A stretch of 64,000 bases of DNA from Strigamia acuminata. Its lineage: Eukaryota. The stretch lies in contig OX442314.1 of the NCBI GenBank assembly GCA_949358305.1, positions 32,116,001 to 32,180,000 on the forward strand. The letters run 5' to 3'. The stretch's first letter is position 1; each line of letters begins with the position of its first letter. The position numbers and the translations under genes are program-made. Positions 24,871 through 36,700 of this stretch are shown here, one piece after another. Under the pieces are notes generated by a model. The model made no database searches. It was not told where the DNA came from and saw only the letters and a program-made list of their open reading frames with translations.

Positions 24871-26650
24871 AATTTACACACAGAAATGGCTTAAATTACG
24901 CGTAGTAATTCAAGCAGAAAGGCGCTATTCCGTACAGTTGGCACGGACCAGCAATGAATCTCAACTCTTCCAGATATCACAGATCACACTTAGCAACGGT
25001 TGGCATAAGTTTGACACAGATGTGAATGGTTTGGAAGCAGAATCAAGAATGCGGGAAGAGTGGGCCAAAACCGTTTGGCTCACTCCTAAATCTGCTCAGT
25101 AAAGCTGCGCAGATGACGAGTTGCACAAAGATCACACACGGCCGCCTTCGGGTCGTGTGCAGCAATTGAGCCGGGCACGCGCGAGGGGAAGGGATGCTCC
25201 GCCCAGGCACACGCCTAGCAGCATCATCAAAGCAATGCACGCTGCAGCGTGATTGGTTGACGCTGTTGCTGGGCCAAAACTTGCTGCAAAACACAATATT
25301 ATTTGGGTAATATTGTGTCTTGTTTTATATTTGATTAATATATATTCTATTTCAATTTACATTGAAACAAAACATATAAGCTTGTTGAATATGTTTTTAA
25401 GACAATTTGGAAATATGGTGCGCACTCAAATAGGAATATTTGAGGTCACCACAGTATCAAGTTCTTCTCTGTCGTAAATAACAGAATGTCAAATTAACAA
25501 TGACACAACAAAATTAAAATGATATAGAATAATCACATCTAGTTTATTATGCCTACTATCATGGGTTAAATTTATTATAACAATTTATTTTATTGTTTCT
25601 TTTATTTAAAATGCAAACCGCTTTTAATCTATTTTATTTTTAAATATCAAGAACATTTGGGTTTAAAGAATGAAATAGAGCAATCTTAATACAAATTAAT
25701 GATGTGCAAGTACAGTTGCTAATGTGGCCAGCTACAATTCTACGATGTTGGTAAAATGTATTTGAGTGAGTAAATATAGGAAAATATGTTGCTTCATTTA
25801 GAGTTTAAGTTGGTGCAGGTGACACACGACATTGTTTGGCTTTTGGCTGCTGGATTTATATGCGTGATCGATAAACGGTCCCAAAAAGAAATTCCACAAG
25901 AAATATTATTGCAGAGCAGAAAACTCCTCCAATGAGAATTAGAAATGCTGTGATTGTGTGATATAGAGAGATGGGTTTGCAGTCATTTCCTGTTTTGCAA
26001 AATGTTTTTATTTTGTACTTATTGTCAAGTCTGCTTATGATTCCTTTTTCTTTTAAGTTCAAAATGCTAAAACGAATAATTGAAGTTGAATTTTAAAATC
26101 GTTACAAATTTTCCCCTACGGTACTCACTTCTGATTAAATAACTCAACATGTTTGGATTTTTTTATTAAACTTGAAATAGCCTGAAAGAGTCCCGATCGG
26201 AATTTCCATAAAACTGAACGTACAGTTTCGTCCATGCATCTGTTTCAAGATATTGTAATAATGAATGATGGCATTGTTGCTCGTCGAAAGCAGTTTTGGA
26301 GCGTCTGTGACATCAATGATTCCTGTTTCGGCGCTTTTTTCCAGACGATGCCATATTTTCCGTGTAAGTTTTGTTTGTTCCAACTATCACAGAAAAAAAA
26401 AGACCATAATTTGCTAACCGCGCAGGCAAAGATGAGCTATTGAATTTATTAAAAAAAGTGCATGACAATTTCGTTAACATGCATATTTTTGCAGTTTTTG
26501 ATATTTACCGGTAGGTGCTTTAATTCTTTCAGTTGCAATGACGGGAAGGTTGCCCACCGTTTTAACCAGACACAGTCGCATACCACGAAATTTGCGGCAA
26601 TGTCGGGGTACAACATAGGTGAAAAATGTGTTTGGGATTCCTGATTCCCA

Positions 26651-27040
26651 AAGATTCCCACAGATTCTTACAGATTCCAACAGATTCTTACAGATTCCCA
26701 CAGATTCTTACAGATTCTTATAGATTCTTACAGATTTCCACAGATTCTTACAGATTCCCACAGATTCTTACAGATTTCCACAGATTCTTACAGATACCTA
26801 CAGATTCTTACAGATTCCCACAGATTCTTACAGATTCTCACAGATTCTTACAGATTCCCACAGATTCTTACAGATTCTTACAGATTCCCACAGATTCTTA
26901 CAGATTACCACAGAATCTTACAGATTCCCACAGAATCTTACAGATTCCCACAGATTCTTACAGATTCCCACAGATTCTTACAGATTCCCACAGATTCTTA
27001 CAGATTCCCACAGGTTCTTACAGATTCCCACAGATTCCAA
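26651..27040. repeat. 10-bp minisatellite (CAGATTCTTA / CAGATTCCCA), about 39 units, intronic
   Basis: Read directly from the sequence. Confidence 0.95.
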
Positions 27041-27050
27041 TCTTGGGAAT

Positions 27051-27258
27051 CCTCACGAATCTTGTGAAATCTCGCAAAATCTCGCAAAATCTCACGAGAA
27101 CTCGTAAAATCTCACGAGAACTCGTAAAATCTCACGAGAACTCGTAAAATCTCACGAGAACTCGTAAAATCTCACGAGAACTCGTAAAATCTCACGAGAA
27201 CTCGTAAAATCTCACGAGAACTCGTAAAATCTCACGAAAACTCGTAAAATCTCACAAG
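27051..27258. repeat. 20-bp minisatellite (CTCACGAGAACTCGTAAAAT), intronic
   Basis: Read directly from the sequence. Confidence 0.95.
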
Positions 27259-29155
27259 ATTATAGCCAAATCCCAAGATTCCAGATTTCAGATTCTCGAG
27301 ATTCTGAGTTCCTAGTGAATCTTAAAAGGCGTACGGGTTTCCACTCATACGTCGGATCCCCTCGAGCAGTGTGGTAGCACTTGGTGATTTCAAACTGAAT
27401 CTAAGAGCACTGCCGCTGTGTCACAACTACAGTACATACTAGTATAACTCTCAGATTTATCATTTTCTACTTCATTCGTAACAAATAAGAATCGTTTCAT
27501 CAGGAGTGTTCTCTTCTACCAATATGACCCAGTAAAGCCAGGACGTTGAACACCGCTGCGTTACATCGTAGCCGTTATATCCTGAAGCATGCCCCCATTC
27601 CTGAATCTTTGGTGCAGGGCTCACTACCAGCGCCAAGACGAAACAAAAAGTTACTTGTAGTGCGGTGCGACGATTACCAGTATGTAAAATTACTAACAAA
27701 ATTGCAACAGGCTAAGTGCTTTGACATTACTTACTACCTTAATGAGCGTGTGAGGGTACCAGTCTCTAAACGCGTACAAGTTGACATTGTCATCCAACAA
27801 TACGTCTTGAATACTGTTGTATTGCAGTCGCGATGTTGTAACAGTGAGTGATGTATATAGTAGCGCACTGTAGCTTGAAATGATTAGCAAACGAAAGAAG
27901 TATTCCGATCCAGAAATTGTATTAACTTTAGAAAAAAAAGAAAAATTACTTGTGACTTGATTAGTAATCTTATTGAGGCGTATTTACCTGAAGTTGAGGT
28001 TACGTTTCTGCGGTATTTGGTGATAAAAGCAAGAGACAGCGCGATCAAGAAGTAAATAGCTAAAATACACAACCAAACAACCGTGGGAAATGGTTGGAAA
28101 AATGTCGTCCATAAGTATTCTTTGATGACGCCGTCTTGTCGCATGACCAATCCATATGCGTCTGTATAGCTGGGAACATTTACGAAGTCGAAATTTCGCA
28201 CACGGTCTGCACTGATTGCATATATTCCTTCGACGATGTCGTGTGGCTTGTAAAAGAATACACAAGGTGAATGTTAAATGTATTTTCTTTAAAATGTCCT
28301 GAACAAGTCTTAAACACTATCTTTGCGCAAACTAATCGTATCACAACCTTTTTATTAAATTAAAAAGCACTTACTATCTTTTTCATATCTAACGATACAT
28401 TTTTGCAACACTTAATGGTAATGTTTACTATTGAGCTATAAATACAGAAATGTTTATGTTATTCTTGTGAAAGTAGCTTACCAAACAACAAAAGCTTTAC
28501 CAAAAGTTACTAATTGTCTGTAATATGTAATCTAGAATTTCGCCATATAGCAATTCAAATTCAAATTTTATTTTGTCAACCTATAAATAAAAAAAACTTA
28601 AAGTTTTTTCGATTATCATTTTTACTGTTTTCTTTTTGGTCAATACTTTCTATTTGAGCCAGAATGGGACATAGGGTGTATACTTGATACCCCAAAAAAC
28701 CATCCCTCAATCTCATCCCACAACACATCCCAAAAAATTGTATTCAGGTTACGTGGTCTATCATTATAGTTACCTAGGCAGTCAGTTTCCCAGTGTCCTC
28801 ATACCTTTTCCCGTTGCATGAAGCACCTGCTTGGTTGGGTAACCTGTGGGCAGCAAGGTCGGGTTGTCTTTCTTACCACCCGGCCCATGTGTCGCTCATG
28901 GTACTAGTAATTTTAATTGTAATAGCATGCTTTACCTGGATCGTAGTGAAATTTTGTTTTCTCAAAACCAATGTTGTGTGGAAAATTTCTTCAAATTGAC
29001 ATTTTTGTTGCTCTACACATTTTATCCCAAAGTTGGTAATTTGAAAAATGTTCCCATCCAATTGATATTTCAATTCCTGCAAGCTAACATTCTACAATTT
29101 AAGACACAAAAATAAACAATTATGATAGTTTCTTAAATTTTAATTATATTACAGC

Positions 29156-29347
29156 TAGGCAATAAATGGTGTTAACTATAGGCTTGTCCAATTTAATAAA
29201 TAAAATCTAGTACTTTAAAGAAAAAATACCAGGGGGAGGGCTTGACCCTTACCCCCGGTCTAGCCCGAGACCGGTATTTTTTCTTTTAAGTATTAGATTT
29301 TATTTATTAAATTGGACAAGCCTATAGTTAACAACATTTATTGCCTA
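29156..29347. mobile_element. Foldback / MITE-like element (192 bp) in an intron of IR gene 2
   Basis: About 75-bp imperfect inverted arms (TAGGCAATAAATG...CATTTATTGCCTA) around a GC-rich core, with TA at both ends. Confidence 0.75.
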
Positions 29348-31332
29348 TTTATATAATTCATATTTTGCGTCATAACATACGAAGCAAAATATTCAATTTT
29401 GCATCTGCTGCTACGGTATTTCAAAGATCAAATAAATTGAATGTTAATCTTGTTAGACAATAAAATTGCACTAATCTTTAAAAAGTGTTGAAGTTAATGG
29501 TGTTAATTAATAACAAGATGAACATCCACACTGTGAATACTTTAACTATTGACTCGTACAGTTTTACGTTCAGAATATGTGAATAAGTAAACTCTATTCT
29601 GTCTCCATAGGATTAGATCATGTAATACGGGCAAATCTGCATGATGCTTTGGGTTTGGAATTCCTCGTGTTTCCTTGATGACAAATACCAATACTTTGTT
29701 TTTAATTGATAAAGTACAATGAGCAAGCTGAAATTAAGATTTATTTGTAAATAAAGTGTATAACCATTGTGTATAAATTTAGAACTAGGAGAAATGCTAT
29801 CATTAGGTAAACAAGCATTAAGTCGACAAGCCGTACTGTTGGTAGGTGGATAGCTAATCATAACCTGGATTTAGTCCCGTTCTTATCACACAACTTGTCG
29901 ATCTAATGCTTCATCCACAATGAGTGGGATGAATAGATCTTTACTTGCTCAAAACTTTCCATCCAAATGAAAATCAGCTGAAAAGGAGCATAATTGAAAT
30001 CTAATGATGTATTACTGAACTGTCGAGCCGACATTTGAATTTTTCCAATCCAATTGAAATGCATCAATTTCAACAAACAGTTTGACACTAGAGCAAGAAC
30101 ATGGAAGGAATATAAAGGAATATAAACCTAAATAAATTTGAGATTTATGAACCATAATCATCCTGATAATAAATGATGTGTATTTTTCTTGCGTTTGTAA
30201 TTTGTACAATATTAGACAATTGAAAATAGAGTTCGTTATTACAGTTAGCAACGAGTGAATTAGATAAAGAAGTATTTTCCCGTGCTAAAACGAAAAATTT
30301 ACGTAAACATTTATGCGGTGTATACTTCTCTAAAGATTACTTTTTGAAATATCGACACATCCAGCAAAGAAGCAAAAGAAAAATACTCTTAAAATGTTCA
30401 TCCTCCAATTGAGCTCTACCTGGCCCGTGGTCTCAACACGACCTCACAATGTGTAGAATTCTCGTGTTGACGATTTGCTTTAGCAACTGTTGCTCAGTTT
30501 ATTCAATTAACTTTTATGTGTATTGGCATCCGGTGTCTGCATCCGACCCGAGACACATGCCACGATGTCGATTTCATATCAATTATAATCAGAATCGATT
30601 TGTAATTAAATACACCGAAAGAGAATGTGAGCATTTGACTGAATAGCAGAATAATAACTTAGACAAAAATGAAAAGACTCACAACTGTGAATATTAATTT
30701 AAATTGGACAAAACAAACACGAACTAAACCTATTTCTAGGGTGAAACAAACTTGCTAGCATTAAATAACAATAGTGACATAAACTGTGATATTTAGTAAT
30801 GTGCGAAGTTAAGATGATAAGAAGTCTCGCAGGGAAGTCAGGCATCCAAATTTTTTGGCTAAATGTTTTGCAATTATCCAGAAATTTGTTGGATAATTGT
30901 ATAATTTTCAGTATTAATGGCAACCACGTTTTCTTGTGACCCCAAATGTCCTTACGATATTTGGGTATAATTTATTAGATGATAAGACCTAGGACGATTA
31001 AATACAAGACTTGTGACTGCAATATGGTCTTACCCGCCGTGGTATGGGGATTTACCACAGCAGGAGGGACGCACACATCACATAATAACAAGACAGGGAC
31101 TCAGATTGTTAGGTTTGGCCTTTAATCGTTGTCTGGGGTTGGGTCACCTATCTTACTGTGTGGCTGTGCTGTTAGGCACGCTACACCGGCGTCCGACCCG
31201 TCACACACAGAATGTAAGTCCCATGGGTGACGTGGTCGGTCACATCGGACGAACACTCTGCCGTATTTACCCGTACGACCCATGTAGCCGCTCATGGAGG
31301 CTGCAGCAGGCACATCTTCCTGCTACTGAGCG

Positions 31333-32667
31333 TGTGACGGTTATAAAACCGTATAATTTCCGATTTGCCGCCAGATGGCGCTATTTAACTAAAAGCGCGC
31401 ATTTTCGAATGAATTGCGAGAATTATAATTAATTGTCGGAATGACGTGAATAAATATAAATTATTTATTAAACATGATAAAGTATTATTTACTTAAATAT
31501 TGATTCTGCCGAATCAATATTATATTTTATATTTACTTGTTGAAGGGGACCAATCGGACCCTTCTGGACCCAATTCCATATTAGGTCCGAACCCCGGTCT
31601 CTATTAGGTCCGGACTAGTGATCCACGAATCCGTCGATCCAGGCACCTGATTGGCTGTCGCCAATCTGATTGTTCTCAGGAACTATATAAGCTCTGGTTT
31701 TCTACCAGGCCCCTGGCTTGTTTTCTGTATGTTTGTATGTATTGTTGGTTATCGTTTGATTTCTCTCTTTCTTAACCGACACATCAGGCCCCCTCGACTC
31801 TCATCCGACTGGATATTGTCGTTGTAGCGTCATTTCGGGAAGACTAACTCCGGTTACCAAATGGTCCCGTAACGTTAGCCAGCTGCTCTAAGGGGCAGTA
31901 GGATTTCGTACGGTGGCTTAATATAACGGTCGTATATAGTACGACCTTGCTAAATGAAAGTAGGTCCCTCAGCTAACTGGCCTCAGTCCGCTGCAGGATG
32001 GCTGTTGTAAATAGCCCTCGCAGGTTCCTGTCTTTCTGCGATCGGTCCTTCCGCACGTTAAAAGTCGGTAAAGGCCTAATGCACAGGTAACACGCCGGGT
32101 TGGTAGCCCGTGAGCAATATCCGTGAAGATGTTGCGTTAAATAACTACCTGGATAATGGTAATCCAACAGCAGTGGCTGATTAATATTTTACCCGGTGCT
32201 CGGTCTAATGACCCCGTCATCGTAAGGCATGCTGGCGGATGGAGGAGTCAAATCCTCCCGCGATGGTTCCCTCAACCGTCGTGACGGTCCCCGCCCCATC
32301 GTACACTCCGGGTCGGTATCCCGTGAACGGTATTACAAATACTGTGCTAAATAAAATACCCAGGTATTGGTAATCCTGTAATTGGCAAGTCCATAGGAAT
32401 GTTTACTTGGTGGTTGGTACCACCGATAGCGACTAAAAGCGTACAAACAAATACTCGGCGCCTGATCACGAGATCTTGTCGTCGTAAGGCATGCTGGCGG
32501 ATGGAGCCTCAACAACTCCCGCGACGGTCCTGTCGACTGTCGCGACTGTCCCCGCCCCATTAATATTTATACAACAATTCATTTGTTGTATTCCACTAAT
32601 CACTTTGTATTTATTTGACCTGGAATATTCTACAGAATATTCCTTTCCATACGAAGGACTCTTCGTA
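31333..32667 (+). repeat. Element D 5' LTR, first part
   Basis: Matches 62110-63444; two substitutions noticed. Confidence 0.95.
31645..31695 (+). promoter_or_regulatory. Putative LTR promoter of element D (CCAAT boxes plus TATA box)
   Basis: TGATTGGC and GCCAATC followed by CTATATAAG at about 31683-31691. Confidence 0.55.
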
Positions 32668-33686
32668 TGTCGCGCTCAACTCTAACCGTCGCTAACTCGT
32701 GGGTTGATTACTTAATTCGACTAACTCACTACCGCTTTGCTCAAGCGGTTTACCCAAAGAAATGATTACACAGATATAAAAGGTAAAATATAATATAGAT
32801 TTATTCTGTGGGACAATGTACAGATATATCTTATATATATATATATATAAAAGGTAGGTAAAAGGTAAATCGGAATGGGTGAAGGGAAATGGAAAGGTAA
32901 AGGTATGATGAAAGCTGGCTGGAATCGGCGAGGTCGTCTGTTGTCTCGGTCGTGTCCAAGATGGCGTCCTCGTTGTGGCAACGTGGTGTCGTCTTGGGCC
33001 GGCGTGGCAATATGGCGTCCTCGGCTCGTCTCTGGCTGGTCCTTCGGGCTCACGCTGGTCGGGCGCGAGTGAATGCTTAGTTAAAAGGCTTACTTCGGGC
33101 TGTTGTCTAGGTTTTTGTGTGGTGTCCGGCGATCACACAGCGGCGGACTCTTCTGGCTCCCGGCGGTCACACAGCGGCGGGAACGCTCGTCGTGGTTTTA
33201 CTGCAGTTTAGGCTTGTGCGACCGTTTGTCTGCACAACTCGCTAAACTGGAGTGGTTTTTACTATTTCTAGCTGGTGTGCTAAAATAGTGTGGTAATCTT
33301 ATCTCGCAGGTTACTCTGCGGAGTTTGACACTGACCAAACGTACTCACGGTAAATTGTCCTTTGTCCTTGGTCAATCCCAGTATATTTACTTGGGCCTGA
33401 TCTTGTAGGACGACGGGTTTACGTGTGTTTCTCGTTTGATGGTTGTGTTGGTTCTGCCCGCTCAGTGCAAGGCACATTCCTTTGCACAAAGCGGGGTTGA
33501 CAGGTGACCAGAATCACCCAATGGTGGGGTGGACGAGCCATCCCCACTCCCTCAGGGCAGACGCCTGTCCATTGACTAGATGTCAATGCACTGAGGGAAG
33601 GGAGACGCGCTTGCGGCTCCCCTTACACCCGAAACGAGGTCACGAGAGAAACTCTTCGTTGACCCCGGTCCAGTCGGGTCACAACA
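32668..33686 (-). repeat. Element B 3' LTR
   Basis: Direct repeat of 42338-43356; no difference seen by eye. Confidence 0.95.
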
Positions 33687-33722
33687 CTTCCCCCTCCGAG
33701 CTCAGACCGTGGGGCTGAGCGA

Positions 33723-36700
33723 TCACTTCTTTCCTGAGGGACCCGACACTGAGTCCGTCACCTGGGCGTAACTCACTCCAGGGACGGGCGGTTGAGTGCC
33801 GGGTGGCGCGGGTAGATCGCCTACTAGCGCCGAGGACCGATCTCGGGGGTCCTCATGCTCCGTAATGAAGCATAATGCATGGCCGTCAACTGGCTCATGC
33901 GGGGCACGCGTCCTCTCGTGTAACCAAACGCTCGGGATGTAGGCGGAGAAGCCGGTGTTCGTATGCCGGATGGCATTGGCTTCCGCTGGCGTCACTGGCG
34001 CACGGTGGGCTCTCAGCAACCTCTGGTGGAAGATGAGGTCTTTAGTCTTCCGGATCTGGTTGTGAAGCCAGATGAAGACCGATTTGCCTTTGTCCCGCTG
34101 CGCGAGGATAAACCTCCTGGTCGCCGTCGTCATCGAAAGATGGGGAAATTCTTCGATGATTCGCCCGTAATAATCTGGTGGAGGCGGTGCCGGCTGCGGC
34201 TTCTGGGTGGCCGCGGGAATCACGGCTTGTGTCGTTGTCGCCGCTTGGGCCGGTGGAGTCACGGGCGGGGTCGGCTTCGTTCGCTCGACGGACTTGACGG
34301 GTGGTGTTCGGCACAGCAAGCGCTTTGGTCTACCCGCCACTTCGAACAGGGCGGGTCCTTGCGGGGATATCTCCGCAGGCATCGGTGGCGGAATCGGAAC
34401 TCCGCTCGTCGGCGAGATCATCATCTCCACATCCTCTGCCGATTCTTCCGTCTGGATGGTCATGGCGCGTAGTTGTTGGGTAGGCGCCGCCGTCCAGGTG
34501 GCGGAGGTGTAACGAAACGCCGTGCTTCGCAACTTGTACCCCTCAAATTCGGGGTTTACCACATCCCTGGTTAGCTCGTACCGAGTCAACACAGGGTCGG
34601 GCAGAATGGAGCTCCACTCTGCGAGGAGTGCACGGGGAACCTGTACACCCTCTCTGTCCACGACAGACCATGCGGCCATCGCCTGACGCCCTTCTCCGAA
34701 GAGTGCTGGGGTTAGCAGCTGCATCATGACCTTGGTCAATGATAGCTGTAGGCTGCGACGATTCACTGGATTCGATCGCTCTGAATCCGCAGTGAAGGCA
34801 CGCGAGAGCTTACTCATCATCGCCGTTGCCCATTCGATGAAATATCGCTGGGCCTGATCCACACCTCGCAAGGCGGGTGCGGAGACTCTTGGGTCTTCCA
34901 TCACGAAGCGAAACGCTGAGAGCTCGGAGATAGTCGGGTTGGCGGCTTCTCTCGCGAGTCGCGCTTCTTCGTCTCGCCTCTCGAAGAACAGGGCCGAGGA
35001 ACCGGGTCGGGGTCGGCTCGGCCTGTAAATGTCGGTCAAATTGGCTCGACATTCCTGCATAATGCTCTGTCCAACGGGGAGAGGGACTGAGCGGTCGGTG
35101 TGTAAATTCGGCGGATCGCTCGAATTCAACAACGACGGCGGTCGCAGGTTACGGATCGAGGCAGGTACGATATTTTTTGTTGTTTTTTGTGTCTGTACCT
35201 CCTCATTATTGTTTTCTTTTTTATCCGTGTTTTTTGTGTTTGTTTCAGGAGTTTCTCCTGTTTCCCCCCCGACCAAAATTGGATCCGGAACGGATTCAAC
35301 TATCTCGTTTACCGGAGGTGAAGGGGCGTCGAAATACTCCTCGTTGTCACTTGGCGGTGCTTGTTCCGACTCGCCAGCGAACATATCGACGATTTGGCCG
35401 TCAGTTTTAGACTTGACTTGGCCCTTGGCCCACATTTCTTGCGGGAATTCCGGAATGTACGGAGTTAACTCTCGTACCTGGATCGACTTTTGCTCGGTGT
35501 TGTCCTCGAGCTTGCGTAATTTATACGCGTTACCGCCATGCTTGCCGATGATTACATACGGACCATCTCTCTTGTCGGCCAAGCTGGCGGTGATCCCTCT
35601 CGCTGCATTTGAGAGGGTGTGTGCATCTTTCCACACCAAATCATTGATCTCGAAATTCACGAATTTCCCACCGCTTTTATCTTGTAAAATGCGGTCGCGC
35701 ATGTTAAAAATGTGCGCCATCATATGTTTGTATGTGTTTGAAATTGTTTGCTCCAATTTATACACATACTCATGTGGTTTCTCTGGGTCCACCACATTTA
35801 CTGACTCTGCCACTCGTGGGTCCCAAGGCACTCGTAGCTCTCGGGCGAAGTTGAGGTAGGCCGGAGAAAAATCTCTCGTCCTCGAGACTGTTGTTCGTAT
35901 GCTGAACGCGATCTCCCTCAAGTATTCATCCCACCTATTGTGGATGTCAGTGAATATGCTTAGTGCATATTTAATGTCCCTGTTGAGTCGCTCAACGGGA
36001 TTTGTTCTAGGATTGTAGGTCGAAGTATGTGACGCCACAATCCTGAATTTCTCACAAAACTTACCCCAAATTTTCGAGATAAATTGGGGTCCGTTATCGG
36101 ATATTATTTTACGTGGAAATCCGTAACGTAACGCCACGTCGTAGATACATTCAACGATTTTCTCTGCTGAAGGTCTAGCGACGGCGTACAACTCGGGCCA
36201 ACGAGTCGCCACGTCCATTATTACGATAATGTACGCATTTTTATTTCCCGTAACGGGTTTTGGGCCCATCACATCGACGCTTAAACAATCAAAAGGCGCG
36301 TAAGGCCCTAAGAAAATAGTTTCGAATGGTGATTTTCTCCTCGGCTTGCACGCTTGACATCGCTGACATTGGTGGACAAAAAGAGCAATATCTTTTTTCA
36401 TCCCTGTCCAGTGAAAAAGCTGTGTAGCACGATAGAGTGTTCTGCTTACTCCCGCATGGCTCGCAAGCGGGTGCCCGTGTAACAACCACAGCACGCGACC
36501 GATTAAGGAAGCAGGTATTACTACCTTTACTGCGGTGTCTGATTCACTCAAGTCATCTTGGTGATTTGGGTGATGTTTCACTAAAAGGCCGTCATCCAAT
36601 AGGTAATCTATGGATTCGTGCGCATAACGACGCTTCTGCCTTCTGGTCAGATTGGGCGGATATTTTCCTGTCAGTACGAATCTAGCTCTGTCCTGACATT

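Larger units (their letters stand above)
25856..30401 (-). pseudogene. Ionotropic receptor gene 2 (paralog of gene 1); 11 exons: 30341-30401, 30153-30284, 29945-30087, 29560-29727, 28936-29091, 28501-28580, 28375-28435, 27988-28246, 27738-27925, 26129-26383, 25856-26066; one +1 frameshift in exon 10
   Basis: Exon sizes are the same or similar to gene 1 and intron phases match. The A7 run at 26158-26164 (A6 in gene 1) breaks the frame, which may be an assembly error. The C-tail is also shorter than in gene 1. Confidence 0.75.

Noticed and set aside
26626..27147. 173-aa ORF with FLQIPTDSYR repeats
   Set aside because: It is a translation of the 10-bp minisatellite inside an intron on the opposite strand.
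26651..27258. Possible CRISPR-like array
   Set aside because: Contiguous tandem units with no unique spacers, in a eukaryotic intron.
27355..27430. Possible tRNA-derived SINE head
   Set aside because: Only a vague A-box-like string, with no clear B box or second copy in the window.
32216..32560. Hammerhead ribozyme (retrozyme) assignment for the D LTR structures
   Set aside because: I could not find the CUGANGA and GAAA core in the right arrangement on either strand; kept as an unknown structure.
35029..35859. 276-aa plus-strand ORF and similar antisense ORFs over B, C and BEL
   Set aside because: These are shadow frames opposite well-supported gag/pol coding sequence and show no recognisable motifs.
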